A stretch of 57,788 nucleotides of DNA, counting the filler, from Bipalium vagum (taxonomy: Eukaryota): the NCBI GenBank assembly GCA_037834085.1. It is 3 parts of 3 records of this genome, joined end to end, with 100 filler letters (N's around TTAATTAATTAA, not from the genome) between each part and the next. Parts side by side here need not be neighbours in the genome. Positions count along the whole stretch, not along the records: positions 1 to 22,885 come from JBBMKC010215361.1; positions 22,986 to 39,374 come from JBBMKC010113648.1; 1 more part is not named here. One strand, 5' to 3'. Positions 13,513 through 28,100 of this stretch are shown in pieces. The stretch's first letter is position 1; the number at the start of each line of letters is the position of its first letter. Under the pieces are notes generated by a model. The model was not told the DNA's origin. It ran no database searches and saw only the letters and a program-made list of their open reading frames with translations. The translations under genes were made by a program, and so were the position numbers.

Positions 13513-14555
13513 AGAATTATTTTCAATTTATCTCACAACTTATATTTTCTTATCTTCAATTGCCAGTCTTCTAGACTTCCAAAGATCATAAAAACTTGTA
13601 GTGTCCTTGAATTTTGCAATTCCTCTTTCTAGGTATATTTTTCATTTAGATTATTCTAAATGCCTTCTGATTAATGTGACTGGTTTCTTCTCAGCTACTG
13701 GTAAAACAATTTGCTGTCTTTTTTCAATGGAGAACATTAATAAAATTTTAATTTTGTTCAATTAGATTCGATAAAATTGATTTATTAAAACAATAAAGCA
13801 CTCAAATTAAATTTCGGAATTTCTTTTTTGGAAATATTTATTTTCATTAAATTATTTATAATGATTTTATTTTTTTTATTTGTTTTTCTACGTCAAATAA
13901 AATATTGATTAATAATAAAAAATAAAATTAAATTTAATGATATTTCCATATTTAATTACATCAAATTATATTGGTGCATTTAAACAAGATAGAAAACTGA
14001 CTGGAATACTTCACTTTTAAAAATACATATTTTTTTTAATAATTTGATTTTAAAATTTTAATAAATTAATCTCAAAATGCCAAAATTTATTAATTTATGC
14101 TGATTTGATTATTAACAATTTGATGATTTGAAACGTTAATAAATTCTCATTTTATTTAATTTTTATTATTATCAATGCAAAATGCAATTTTCTTTTAAAT
14201 TCTTCCAAACAAAATCTTTGGCAAAATATCCATTTATTAAATATAAATATTTTAAAAAATATTTTATAAATTATATATATATTAATAATATTTAATTTTA
14301 TGCAATAATAATAATAGTCATATTAAAAATATAATAACCATAAATAAAAATCAATAATTTTTTATATAATAATAAATAATTAATAATTCAAAAACTAATT
14401 TTTATTTGCAAAATAATTTAATTAAAAATTATAAATTTTATAAAAAAATAAAATCCATAATTCCAAAAAATATGAATTAAAAATTAAGATTTAATTATTA
14501 TTATTATTAATTATTATTTTATTTTATTTTTTAGAGTTTCTATTTATTGTCTTTT

Positions 14556-14690
14556 NNNNNNNNNNNNNNNNNNNNNNNNNNNNNNNNNNNNNNNNNNNNN
14601 NNNNNNNNNNNNNNNNNNNNNNNNNNNNNNNNNNNNNNNNNNNNNNNNNNNNNNNNNNNNNNNNNNNNNNNNNNNNNNNNNNNNNNNNNN
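14556..14690. other. Assembly gap
   Basis: 135 N. Confidence 0.98.
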
Positions 14691-14820
14691 TTACTTTTCT
14701 TAATTTCTACTTATTGTCCATTTAAAAAATATTATTATTTATTATTATTATTATTACTATTATTTTTATTATTATTTTTTTTATTTTTATTATTATTATT
14801 ATTTATTATTATTATTTTAC

Positions 14821-14898
14821 CTTTGTTTTTTTCAGCTTCCATTCTCCATTTTCTACATACATATCCAAATCCACATCCTTCAATTTGTCTAATTCAAC
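14821..14898 (-). CDS. Isolated internal exon of a Cys-loop ligand-gated ion channel (nicotinic acetylcholine receptor-like, loop F/beta9 region)
   Basis: A 78-nt phase 0-0 exon (ttttttatcatttgataaag|...|gtaaaa) encoding VELDKLKDVDLDMYVENGEWKLKKTK. This matches the nAChR pattern vDl...Dls.Y..NGEW.L. I did not confidently find other exons, and an N-gap lies 130 nt downstream. Confidence 0.55.
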
Positions 14899-16224
14899 CT
14901 TTATCAAATGATAAAAAATAAATCAATTAAAATCAAAATAATTATTAAATATTAATAAATTAAATAAACATTTTCAGTGCAAAATAATAATTTTTATAAA
15001 GTGTACCATGTTTTGTCATTATATTCATTAAAATTAAAGAAAAGGATAGGATATTTCAATATTTAAAATTATTATTATTAATATCACTAATAGTATTATT
15101 ATTATATTTATTTTATTATTATTATTAATATCTTATATAATTTAAAATAGAATTGTATTCTTCAATTCCAAGCGTGGTGAGAAAACTAAATATAAAATAA
15201 TTACATTCTTTAATCCTGGTAAGAACTAAAAATATGCTCATCAATATGCGGGATTAATTTTGGCTGTGGATCTGATTTAAGATATGATTAAAACAACGTT
15301 GAGCTTGATATTCGCCAAGGAGAAATTGATTACCAAAAAAATAGAAAATTTGTCTAGAAATTTTTCATATAAAAAGGGAATCTGTATTTTATGGAATTTT
15401 TAGAAGAAATCGAAAAATTAATTGAAATTATTATTGAATAATCAATTATTTCACTATTGATATTTCTGAGAATTTCATTCAATGAGAATAATAAAAAATT
15501 GAAAAAAATAGGAATAAATTAATCCACAAAGTTGAATTAAAGTCAGTATTATTAATTATAAAATAATTATTATTATTATTATTAATAAATTGGAAAAGCG
15601 AAATTAAAACAAAAGCTTAAAGAATAAAATATGATTTATGGAATAAAAATGTTTTATTTTGAAAACGTTACACAATTTTATAAATGCATTATTTTATTAT
15701 TAACAATTAAAAATGATTTTAATTTATAATTGGTTGATGTTGGGAAATCCGGGTTTTTAATATCTTTGTCTATCCTTTTGTTAAAACCCGACACGTTGGT
15801 TCGGCAAACATAGCAATCATCAAAATGTATTTTTGCTCTCTCTAAACCATAGATGTACTGAATGGTAAATTGAGAATCTTACCAATAGAAAACATGAAAG
15901 AAATAAGAGGAACATATTCTGCATACAATATGCGGTGCGAATGGTGAAAAATGGTTTGGGGTATTTATGCATCGCCGGTGTCACATTTTATTTAAAATTT
16001 GCGAAAGTTTAAACAATTTTTAAAGGGATATTAAAAAAGTTAAATAAAAATATTTTCAAAAAATACATGTGATAGATCCTTGAATGTATTTATTTTCGTG
16101 ATCTGTGTGACGATATGCACATGATTAGATTAGTCTTATTTAATAAAGAAGTTTGGTCCGAGAGTGTTATTATTAGTTAACATATTTGCTTGAAAATCCT
16201 TGTTCATCTTTCCACCTTGACTAA

Positions 16225-16827
16225 TTCTCAATTCTCTTTGTATGCAATTTTTTTTATTGAATTTTGAAGGTATGCAGTTTATTTTTTAATGAACTATGAC
16301 ATTTCAGAAAGTTTGGAATTAGATCCTATCGAATATCCTTTTGAAGACAATGAATCAGAAGAAAAACCAGTCCCACTTAGTGCAAATTTTGTTTGCGAAG
16401 GCCTTTAACTTTCAAGTAAATTGGAAAATCATTTTCTATTAAATGACAACGATTCAGAGCTTGCCTTAAAATTTACACGTGATTTGAAATTTTGTATGTC
16501 AGGTTACCGAGAACTCTATAAAATTTTATCCAACCCATTACAGACATTAATTACTGAATATTTTATGTATTAATAATAATAAATGTGGCTTGTTTTCGTG
16601 TTTTTTGGTTTAATTGCTAATTTTCGTATTTATAAAGCGTTGAGACCCTAAAAATAACATTTTATAAAAAATATTTGTTTCAAATTCCAATGGGGCCATT
16701 AGATAAAAATTTCCAGAACGGAGGTCCTTACCTATCATTTTGTATATAAATATCGCATATATTTAAGCGATTTTTTATATGCCACTTTTTCTGGCTCGTA
16801 TCTACTGCATAAAGAGAGAATTGAGTG
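16225..16827 (+). mobile_element. Internally deleted pogo/Tigger-like element
   Basis: Imperfect TIRs CTCAATTCTCT..TATGCA at both ends, with TA after the right end. The internal C-terminal peptide DNDSELALKFTRDLKFCMSGYRELY...QTLITEYF is typical of Tigger transposase tails. Confidence 0.6.
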
Positions 16828-19229
16828 TACGACATTTTTGTATGACAGTAAGTGCTTGATAAATGCCACTCCTCGTTAAGTGCAACCTTTATTTAATTAA
16901 AGTTAATATTGATTAAAATTGGTCACGTAATTGTGATATTGTTTATATCATAACGGTAAATGTACATATTTCAAATTAACAGGTACAAAATAAAAAAATC
17001 GCTTAGTATGGAAGAGAAACTTCTCTATGGAAAAGAAAACAGCAGAAATTGCAAAAAATGGGTCAAATGGCTGCAATGTTAATGGATTACAATGTTAACA
17101 GAAGTACAATTAAAAAAGAAGGAAAACATAAGATTTTTCCAGGCATGTCATATAAAAATTATTTTTTCAAAAACTTACCGAAACATTTCATTATTTAAAC
17201 AAGGCAACTGTTTATTCAATAAATTATTCAACGCCTCTTTTACTTTAAAACATAAAATATCACGTAAGAATTTTACAAAAGAAGTCTTTTACGTGAAAAA
17301 ATCTAAGTTTCGTTTATTTTAGATGTCGAGGCACATCATAGGAATTTTAAAAATTTTCTGTTTAAATATTCACCTTACTTATTAAATAAATAAACATTTT
17401 TGTTATTATTTACTTTTTTTATTATTTAAAGAGGACTGCACTTTGAAAATTGCCAAGACCATGGTAGTTAAGTGGTTAAAGAACCAAACCTATTTATCAG
17501 AATATCAAAGAAACTGGCAAAATTGAGTGATCATATTAAGATCAAATAAAGCAAAGTTGGATCAATCAATTATTATAATCAATAATTCCTTGTTTTTATA
17601 GAAGAAAAGATTTGGCAGAGTTAGATTGAATGTCAAAGGATAGATGGATGAGAATTCATGTATTACAAGAATCAGTCTTTTAAAAAAAACTCGTGTCAAG
17701 AAACATGGGACCACTTGAAAAAGTTGGGTTCTGGTATTTAATGTGATAATCATATTCGAAAGAGCTATCATGATTTCTTTTTAGAGATCCTATTTTATTA
17801 CTTTTAACCAGATCCATAGAAAGTCATAATGAATATAACTATACTGTTCATAGTCAAATGGTTATAAAAAATTAAAGTTAGGCTTTAAGGTTTTAGAAAT
17901 TAACATACAGCGACATGTTAGTAAATAAATACAAATTGCGTGGCTTGGAAGGTTAAAGATTTTTTATTTAAAGATTTTATATTTTATCCTATACATCTAA
18001 TTTTAATAGGAACCTGTTTGAATAGCACAGAATATTGGTGGTTATAGACTCGGTATCTTTACCTGACGTGTCCCTAATTTAGAGTTTGATAAATGAAAAC
18101 TTTAACTTAACACCAAAGAAGAACAGGGCGATATCTGCAAATTTTCGTGGATATTTGTATGAAGAAACACGGTTATTTAAAGTCGACAAACGGTAAGTTG
18201 TTAATATTTGAGGTTATGACATGTAAGGATATATGTAAATTTTATGTAAATATTAATAAACTTTATCTGTATTTGTAATTGAAAAACAGGATTAGAAATT
18301 TTTTGAGACACCCCTTAAAAAAAAGTTTTCAGAACGCTGAACTTGAAAATTCGGTGTCCAGATATGTTCTTAAAAATTTGATAAAGTAAAAGATAATTTT
18401 GAATTTATTTAACCTTAAAATCACATATTAAATATTTAAACAAAGCTTACTTAATCTTTATTTTCATTAGAATTTAGAATTAGTTTCAAAAAACTTTAAA
18501 AAATGTTCAAGTACGATTTTCATAAAATAAAAAACTTTTTATTTTATGAATTTCCTTTTTTTTTAAAAGAATCACTAATTACTTTTAAAAATTATTAAAA
18601 AATAGTGAAAAATTAGTTATTGTTTGGAATTAAGCAGAGGAATAATTACTGGCACGGAAATATTCCAAAACGATTCCATTTCTCTGTCATGGTAGATTCT
18701 AATCTATTTAAAAGACAATTAATTATATTTTAGGTAAAACAAAGAAAAATAGAATTAAGGACAATGATCCAAATTTGAAAAACGCAATAGTGAATGTGTC
18801 CATTTAGGAATAAAATGTGGTCCAATTTGAGTGGCAATTTAAATGTAGAGACAGAATGAAATGCGAAAATCAAGACTGGGATGAAAGAGACGTACCATAA
18901 AATTATAACACCTGAGCGTTAATGAGACATGGTTAGCTCAATACCCTACATATGCTTTCAGTGAAAAGAATTGAAAATCTTTCTAATTATTTTCTTAAAG
19001 AAATTGAAAAAAGAAAATGAAGTTTATTTAGATTGGTTACAAAATAATTTCTTTAAACCTTGAATTAATTTTTTAAAAAAATTGCTTGAACGCATTAATT
19101 TATATATCATTCGAAGTGCAGAAATTGTTTTACAATAGAATGACTTTGCTCCTGTCACCGCCTGCCGCAGGTTGTTTTTCTAAAAGTTCTGTATTCAATT
19201 TAATTAATTTGCTGTTTGTATTGATCTCA

Positions 19230-19830
19230 AGTGTTAATCTCTTTCTGTAACAGAAGATGGTAATAATTAACATTTTGATCCCACTAAATGTTGTTTTTCC
19301 GTGGATTTTACACTTTGGAGTCGAATCTGTTGGTTGATCTCTGTTTACTCATGATCTTATGCATTTTCGATTGTCGAAGTAGATCCATTTCTCATTCTCA
19401 GTTATTAATCACCATAGAAAACTCTTTTTTGATGTCTGGAAAGCAATAAAACTGTGATGTTGAATCTATTATTAATTTCATTTTTATTTCGAAGACATGG
19501 AATCTATTTTTCTTCTTTCTGTATCTTCTCTATCTCATGCAGAATAATTTGAAATAGTTTCAGGACAGACATTTAATATTTTTCCATATATTATTTGAGA
19601 ATCAGAGTCGAGTCAACCTTCAATAATACTTCCAAATTGGTATTGTTTAAATTTTTAGGCTGACATGAGTGTGAATTATCAGCAATGTCATGATTGGCAA
19701 ATATATATCTGAAACAATTTTCTGATAGCAAAAAATCACCAAAAGTCTCCAACAATATTCGATAGGTTTCCGCCACAGTTTTCTTCATATTGAAATATTG
19801 CAGCAGTATTTTTTGCGTTTCATATTTTTC
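19230..19830 (-). mobile_element. Mariner 5' remnant
   Basis: N-terminal HTH KKTVAETYRILLETFGD, followed by degenerate TENEKWIYFDN (TGDEKW-like). Confidence 0.7.
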
Positions 19831-20719
19831 AACTAAAATTTGATAAAGTAAATCCTAAATTCCATTTTAGTTTTAATTTTTAATGAGTTATGATAAATAT
19901 CTAACTTTAATTTTTTATCTTTCAAAAATAATATTAATTTATAAATTTATTATCAACGCAGAAATTGATTATAACATCTAATATATTTTGATTTTAATTT
20001 TGAAAGTTAACTATTGATTAATCGTTAATTTTCAGAAAATGATAAATATTAAACAATTTTTAATTGTTAACAGTCCTTACATTAAGTACAAGTAAATAAT
20101 AGAATTATTAACTTGTTGTTCCACATGAAATAGCAGGTTTTAAAAAGTAACTAAACTAAATTAAAAAGACCTATGAAACTAATTATATTCATCAAAATAC
20201 TTTTCATTGTTCTCAATACTTTTGTACCATCAAGACAATACATTATTAATTCCCCTTTAATACAAATTAATTTATCATTTGACAGAGAACAGAACCTACA
20301 AACAAATTCTTTTCTGTAACAGTGGGGACCTTATACTTTACAGTCTCTTCTTCATTTATCTTTTTTATTTATTAAACATTATTTTATTTCTTCGCACTTC
20401 AACGTCTCTTCGGCATTTAGGATTATTAAATTAATTAGGTAGGTTCATTATATTTTTTCTTTGATTTTTTAAAAACTTTTTTTCATTATGAGGAACATTC
20501 AAAGACGTGCATAATTAATTAAATTATTCTTATTTCAATAATAACCTATTAATTATTATTTCTTGCATAATTAATTACTAATTTATTTAATATATATAAT
20601 TTTTACAAAATTGTGATATATTTCTGTTTCAGTAAACATTATGGAGGTGTAAATCTAAAATTAAATTCACAAAGGAATTTTTTGTTAAATGAACATATTC
20701 TGATTAACAATATTTGTTG

Positions 20720-21000
20720 TTTAAGCCATCTCCAATAAGCTTAGTTTTATTCTTTTCACGCTTTCATATTGCCGAGATTCCAGAAAGAGTTTTACATTTC
20801 TTTTTACAATCTAAGAACAGCATTAGGCATTTATCTATGTCGAGAACGGATTTTGAGACAACTACATTCTTAGGTTTCATTTTTTCCGAACGAGTTTTCC
20901 GAACTTTTTCTGAACAATAAATATCCACTGTAATAGTTATTTTACGAAGACGAAGAAAAAGTGCAAGAACAATTGGATGATTCATAGAATGTAATTCAAC
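20720..21000 (-). mobile_element. pogo/CENP-B-like HTH remnant
   Basis: ITVDIYCSEK...LDIDKCLMLFLDCKKKCKTLSGISAI resembles the psq and CENP-B HTH region. Weak match. Confidence 0.4.
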
Positions 21001-21685
21001 GATAACCTTTAAGTATTCAATCTTATTCGCGAAAGATTCTGAGGCAAAAATACTAGGTGTCTGTTTTAAATAACACAAAACCAACATTAAAATACAAATT
21101 GCAATATTTTGGGTAAATATAATAAAAACATTTTCAGGCGCAGTGCTGTTAACAAATAAAAGACGTAATGCATCTCATTAATCCTAAGCCACCCGAAAAA
21201 TTCAACAAAACAAAAGATTTCTCATATACAAATATTATGTAAAGATTCTAGAAAGTCATTCTAAACTATAAGCAAGTTAAATCAAAAGTAATAGTCGTTG
21301 GTCAGAGTTAATAGCATCGGCTGATGCAATCAAGAATGAAATACCCGGAAAACGAAATATGAATTGTTCAAAAACAATTAAGATATTAATAACATATTAA
21401 ATGATTGGCTTGTCTTCAACCAATTAAATTTTTCTATGATGGAATTCATAAGTTGTCTAAAATGTGCGAAAATATTTTGTTCATAATCAATGTTTTTTGT
21501 TTTAATTGATTACCTTGACTTTTCCTAATTTTATTGATCTTTCAGTTTGAAAACGGCGGAATCGTATTTGTTCACTTTATCAATTATCAACACGGGGGTA
21601 AATAAAAAATTCCCTAAATTTAATCGGCAATTAATTTATTAGTGGTAATTTTTAAATTTGTTTACAACCGTGTTTCAGCATTTTT

Positions 21686-21953
21686 GGCAACACTATAGTA
21701 TATCTCCCGTTTTTTAATTGGTTCGCCACATTAACTAATTAAAATGAAGTATTTACAAAATTATTAGGTAATATTTAACATTTGAATTTATTTTAATAAT
21801 TTGTAAATGAATTTTAATAATGATTAAACCGTTATTTTGCCTAATAATGAAAAAAGTAATAATAATGATAAAAATTCATATTAAAAATCTTAACCACTTT
21901 CAGATAAGATTGAAATTTTTATTAGGAAGTGGGGGACATACTATAGTGTTACC
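21686..21953. mobile_element. 268-bp MITE with GG-starting TIRs and an 8-bp TSD (Merlin-like)
   Basis: TIRs GGCAACACTATAGTATATCTCC and, as reverse complement, GGTAACACTATAGTATGTCCCC. Flanks are GCATTTTT (21678-21685) and GCATTTTG (21954-21961). Confidence 0.7.
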
Positions 21954-22885
21954 GCATTTTGAATTAATTTTTGGATTATTAAACTTATTTAAGTAAGAAA
22001 TCATTTTATGTTGAGCATATGATGACGAATAATACACCGAATGTGCAAAATTTAAGACCGATAGAAAGTTTCTGGGTCACACAAAAGAACAAATACAAAG
22101 TTTTTACTATTAGCTGCGATACTATTTTAAAGTTCAGAGATTCATGGAAGCAATTTTCACCTGTGTGAAAATTTTCAGAAAACATGTTAAGTTTTAAAGG
22201 ACTTCTGTTAATTTAAAGAAAATGTGATTTAAAAATAGAGGAAAATAAAAAAGCCACGTTATTGGATTGTTTTACATACCTATTTATGATTGATCATCAT
22301 GTAATTGTTAATAAATTATGGATTTTTATATAATTTCACGATTTTTAATTTCATAAACAAAAATTTTCTTATTTTTCTGGTACCAAAAGTATCAAATTAT
22401 AGATGAATGACTGTATTATTGGTTATAACTAGAATTAAAATTTTAGCCGACCATATTTAAATCTTGCTGAAGTAATGGATAATGATGAAATGTGGATTAT
22501 AATTCAGTACGAGTTCAAACTTGGAAATAATGGTGTGACAAAAATTACGAATCTTCAAAATGTGCTTGGCGATGATATGTAAAAAAATAATAAGCTAATT
22601 TTAATATTATTAAAATTGCAAATATTAAACATTAATAATTAATTAAAATTTAAGCTGGATCTCTGATCTGTTTTATGTTGTCTGCAAATTTTGTATGGTA
22701 TCTTTCTCATACTAATCCTAGGAGATATCTTGGATCAGTCTTGATTAGAATTTTTGGTCCTGGAACTTAGTCAGATAAATGTATTAATTCTTATAGCAAT
22801 TTATCTATTTGGCAAAGGATTAGTCGATCATAGGTTTATTATTTCCAGTGTGTGTACACAGCAAATTATTATTGACTATTATTAT

Positions 22886-22985
22886 NNNNNNNNNNNNNNN
22901 NNNNNNNNNNNNNNNNNNNNNNNNNNNNNTTAATTAATTAANNNNNNNNNNNNNNNNNNNNNNNNNNNNNNNNNNNNNNNNNNNN
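22886..22985. other. Scaffolding gap with artificial six-frame stop linker
   Basis: 44 N + TTAATTAATTAA + 44 N = 100 bp. Confidence 0.95.
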
Positions 22986-23335
22986 TTTAAGCTGGAAGTT
23001 TATTTATGTAATGAAATCAATAAAATTTAGCCGCTTTAATTATTGTTATTTGTTTTAATTTTTTTTTTAATTTCTCAGATAGAAATTTTTCTATCCTACA
23101 AGTCAATTTTTATCGTTTATTTGTGTTTCTATAATAGAGGTTTTACTGCATAATTTTGTATTTTAAAATATCAATATTTATAGATATTTTTAAAACAAAT
23201 ATATAAACGATGGTATTTTTGCAATAAGAATTATAGTCAATTTATAATATCAGCCCTTTATGAATAACCCTTTATATATAGTTTTATGCAAATATGTTTT
23301 GAAATCAACATCTCAGTTAATTACTTTTATAATAT

Positions 23336-24547
23336 AAGGTGTTTCAGAAAAATTCTGGCAGGCATGAATATGGAAAATATATATATAGAAACTAAATAGA
23401 AATATTTTAAAGTTATATTTATTACAATACAGTATTTAACAATAAAAATGCAAAAGATACAGGCTGAAATCGATTTCCACACCAAAATAATAAAATGTTC
23501 TATTTCAGTTTTCCCAGGAGTGTCTAGACATCCACTTTGCTGATGTTATTTGCTTGATTAGGCCATTTATGTCTGAACTCATTAAGGTTGGGTGTTTTAG
23601 ATTTTGCTCCTTTGATCTTAGATTTTATATTGGTCCAATAGCACTGGATCGGAATTACTTCCGGACAATGTGGTGGACTGGCTTCTTTTGGAATTACATT
23701 GATACTGCTCTTGCTGTAGAATTCTTGAGGTTGTATACTGTAAATGTAAGTTGCCAAATCTGGTCAAAATTATACAGGAAAAATATGGGACTCAATAAAT
23801 GGAACCAATCTTTTTTCTAGGCAGTCCTTAACGTAAATCTTGCTATTGATTGATCCTTTATTTAAAATCCTTAACTTTTTCGTCCACATGAACACATTGC
23901 TTGCCACACCAACTTTTTGAAGAAAACTTTGATACTTTTTATTTTTATATTTATTATATATATTGTGCATTCAAAATACGCATCCAAATTTTGTTTAAAA
24001 AATCAGTAAATAACTTCTTAGCTCCTTTTTTTCGATTACTTCTTTATTTTCATCTCTGTCTGTGATGTTTTGCACTCTATATGTCTTCACTCTAGCTCGA
24101 ATTTTTTTCTGTGAACAGTTGATGTTAACATTTCACTTTATTTGCCATGGTACGTACCGATAAGTTAGGATTTCTTTGAAATTTTCTTTACAATTTCCTA
24201 ATTTTCTCTACCTGATTTTCTACCAGAATTATTTTTTCTGTCGGTGGTCAAAGTTTTACGATAATTGGCCAAAACATTTTGCACTGTTCAGCGACGAAAT
24301 TTTAATTGCTATGTGATATTGCACAGAGAACTAGTTATGTCTTGCAAGTACTTGTCCACTATTAATTTTAGAATATAAATTTCAGTAGTCGTCCTATTTA
24401 TTAACATTAATCTAATTAAACAAAAGATAATCGAATATTACTGTAATTAAAACATTAAATTCACATACCATATATTATCACGATATTGCAAGTATAAATA
24501 TATTTATGAATGTATAAACATGCTAGATGTTTTTTAAAACACCCTCT
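23336..24547 (-). mobile_element. Decayed Tc1-like element
   Basis: Degenerate TIRs (GGTGTTT..AAAA..TCT.GCA). Transposase pieces SGRKSGR, GSINSKIYVKDCLEKRLVPFI, FDQIWQL and SPPHCPEVIPIQCYW. Confidence 0.75.
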
Positions 24548-25128
24548 AGTCAAATATTCAATACTTAAAAGTTGAGTGATATATATACCCACACTTGAAC
24601 TTATTTTACAAAGAACTCCTGAATTTCTTTGATAAGATTTCTGAATAGTGAAAAAATTACTGAAATATTTTATTCCTTTTTCTATAAATAAATTTTATTA
24701 ATTTTTTGCACTTAATGTATTTTTGAGAAGTCTTCCTATATATTCACGAAATAATTGGCAAAAGTGACCAGAATATGTTCTCAACAAAATAGAAATATCA
24801 CACTTTAAAACGGATTTTCTGGATTACAATGTGATCCACAGTCAGAAGATTTCAGTGGTAAAGAAATTACTGGAATATTTTGTTTCTCTGGAAGTACCCT
24901 TAAGTAATACAATTAAGTCAATATCCTATGTGAAAATTATTTTTCCGGATTTAGTATCAGATAAAGTTGAATTTTACTTATTTATATATAATAATTCCAC
25001 AAATTTCATTCATATTAAAAGATTAAGTCCAATATTTGGAGTAATTGAGAAAATAATTAAGTTATATAAGCAGTTACATAAATTGGGCTCAAAGTTACCT
25101 TGAGAAACTTGGAAAATTAACATATGAA

Positions 25129-28100
25129 ATGAAATTTTTATTTTTAATAATATTCTTATCAAAGAGTATGTTTTTCAGCGATGTAGTTTCTATAACGTTG
25201 GATTCGAACAACATTCTTCAAGATATGGTCATCTTTATAAGAAGAGATGTCCAGGATGACAATGAAATATTTTTGGATACACTTAAAGTGATTTTTGATG
25301 TTTGATGTTCTAACTTTTCTGATAGACCTCCATAACGGAAGCATCAATGTCGTTGTTCAAGGCAACAAATGCCTTGGATCCTAATAAGAGCGGTGTTCAG
25401 TTCGGGAAGGTCTTTATTATTGTTCCCAATACGTGGATATCAACAAAATCAATTGAAAATGAAATTACTTGGCAGACCTGTGACAATGCAGACATAATTA
25501 TTACTAAAGATGATATAAACCAGAAAAGTGAACCTTTTACTATTCAAAGCGAAGAATGTGGTGAACCAGGTGAAGTCATAAAAATTCCTAAATCCTTTTT
25601 AGACTCAAAGGGTGAAAAACACATTATCGGTAATCACTTCATTCAATCTTAACTCATGATTTTCATTATTTTTTAAAATAATATATAGTAAACATAAAAT
25701 TTGGATTTCAATTTTAAAGAATTTGATGTTTTTCATTTACTGATCAATTAGGTTGGTGTAAAGATATTGGAAGTTTTTATTTCGTTATGTTTAACTGGTA
25801 TATTAATCACGTCTTATTAATTATGTTCATCATCCTTTCTAAATGATCAACTATCTTATTGGAATAAAACGCCTCAAGATGTCGATAAAAACTTAAATTC
25901 AACCATTAAGAGTCGGTCACTCCATTTGAAAAAAATCCTCGAATTTATATAAAATCAAATTAATAAATTAATGTTACCACTTTTAATTTACTATTCGATT
26001 AAAGAAACCGTCCACCACCCGTTAAATTGAATTTCCAAATGACAAGGTCCAACGACTGGTTAGCTCATTGTAAAAATTCTTCAGCTAAATAATTTGCATC
26101 GAAAGAAATGTCTGGTAATTATTTGTTGAAGCGTAAATGATCTGCTCCACCAACCTTTCTAGATTTCCTCAAGACAATCACTGATAGAAAAAAGTAAAAA
26201 ATTTAAAAATCGCACATAAACTATATTTTGATTTCGTGTATGTACCGCTTCGCACAATTAAAATTAAACATGTTAAAGGTATATTCATTGCATTTTGGAC
26301 CTGTAAATATCTAATTATTATAGGTAGTTTGAGATTTTTTTGGCAAATATAGATTTTGTCTACGGCACATCTTTCATATACTACTGAGATCAAAATATTT
26401 CAAATATCAAAAAATTAAAATTAAATATAATTAATGTAATACATTTTTATATACACGTTTTATTGTCTCCTTCAAAGTAGTCACCTTCAGCTAGAATACA
26501 TTTACTATAACATTTTTACCTATCCTCTATGAATTTCTCCTATTAAATTCTGCTTATTTGTCTTGAAATCTCCTTTGGTTTTTGTTTTATCGCTTCAATC
26601 AATATATATCGAAGACAAAAAAATTGAATTTTCAACTTTGGAAAGAGAAAAGAATTAATCGGAACTTCATCGGGTTAATATGTAGCTTATTTGATGTTAT
26701 TTGACAAAAAATTTACACAAGCAACGAAGTGTGAGCTGAGCCGTTATCATAATAGAAAAAATAAAAGTTTTTGTTGGGTTTATTTCATTGGAGAAAATTT
26801 AATGGGAGATTCGTTGTTCAATTTTTGCATCCATTCTTAACAATCATCATAACTCATAAATTAACATCTAATATATGATAAAATTTTAAAGACACATAAC
26901 AAGTAGCAGTACCAATATAAAAATGGCGATTAATGGTAAATACTGATTTTTATATATCAAATGCTTAAAAAATATTAATAATGAAAAAAATCAGTAATAT
27001 AATTTCCGTTATTATTTTAGTACGTACTTTCCACCTTTTCAGCATTTAGTCGAACCATTATTTAAGAAACTACAAAATATACATCGAAATTTTTGATTCA
27101 TTATTTTTCACTGTCTGGTTCCTTCTCAACAGTATTGACTTTCATTTGGTTTGAGAACGAAAGGGAAAGACATAAATCTGTTGAATAGCTCTAGAAAAAT
27201 ACGATGGTTTTGAAGAACTACCAACTCGAGTTCTTAAATGGTGGTTTTGAAGATATTTGATTTTTACGGCTTCCTGTTATCATGGATAAGAAAAACTGTG
27301 GATCACTTATACTGTCTTTGGTCTTTCATAATAACTTTTACTCTACTTAGTTGATTCATATATGGGATGTTTTTGATTGTCTGGTTTTTCTGGATTATTT
27401 CCCAGTGTATGAGACCGAGCCAATTCCAACAAACGGAGAACATGATTTTTTGTGATGCAAATCTTGTTTAATTCTAGACAAGCAGGAGATTAAAAAATTA
27501 TCTATAAAAAACACCGTGACCAAGTTTAATTTTTTATTTAACATTTTTAAAATTAAAATTTTTTTATCATTATCATAAGAAATATATCTAAATGCATACT
27601 GATCGTCATAATTTTTCAAACAGGACATAATTTAGTATTGTACAAGTTTTATGTTTAATTTTTTTTAAATTGTGCCTGCATAATAGAAGTACTTTTGAAA
27701 ACTGCAAAGATCATGTCTTCCATTCAATACTTGTTATGTATTGTAATAAATTAAAATTTTCTAAAAAAATCATCAATTTTCAAACACTTAATATTTATAA
27801 CGAACGTGTTAATTTTTACGCAAGGAAATTCTTTGTAATAAAATTTTACCTAAATGCCTTCTTAAGATTTAAACAAATTTGTGATTTTTGTACGTTGGAA
27901 TGATTAATGTCTTCCACAACATGTTACAGTTTGGTAGTTAATTCATTGACATTTTGAAATTGAGGACGATCGTTAATTTCATCTGAAATTAATTTCCAAA
28001 TATCTTCTGCAATGTTCTGATCAGGGCTTTTAGCTGGCCAACTTAAAATCTTAATGTCACTGGATTTCATAAATTCTTTGACTTTGCGGATTTGTAGCCA

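Noticed and set aside
22930-22941. Palindromic TTAATTAATTAA inside N runs (also at 39419-39430)
   Set aside because: The identical 44N+12+44N layout is a scaffolding linker with stops in all six frames, not biology.
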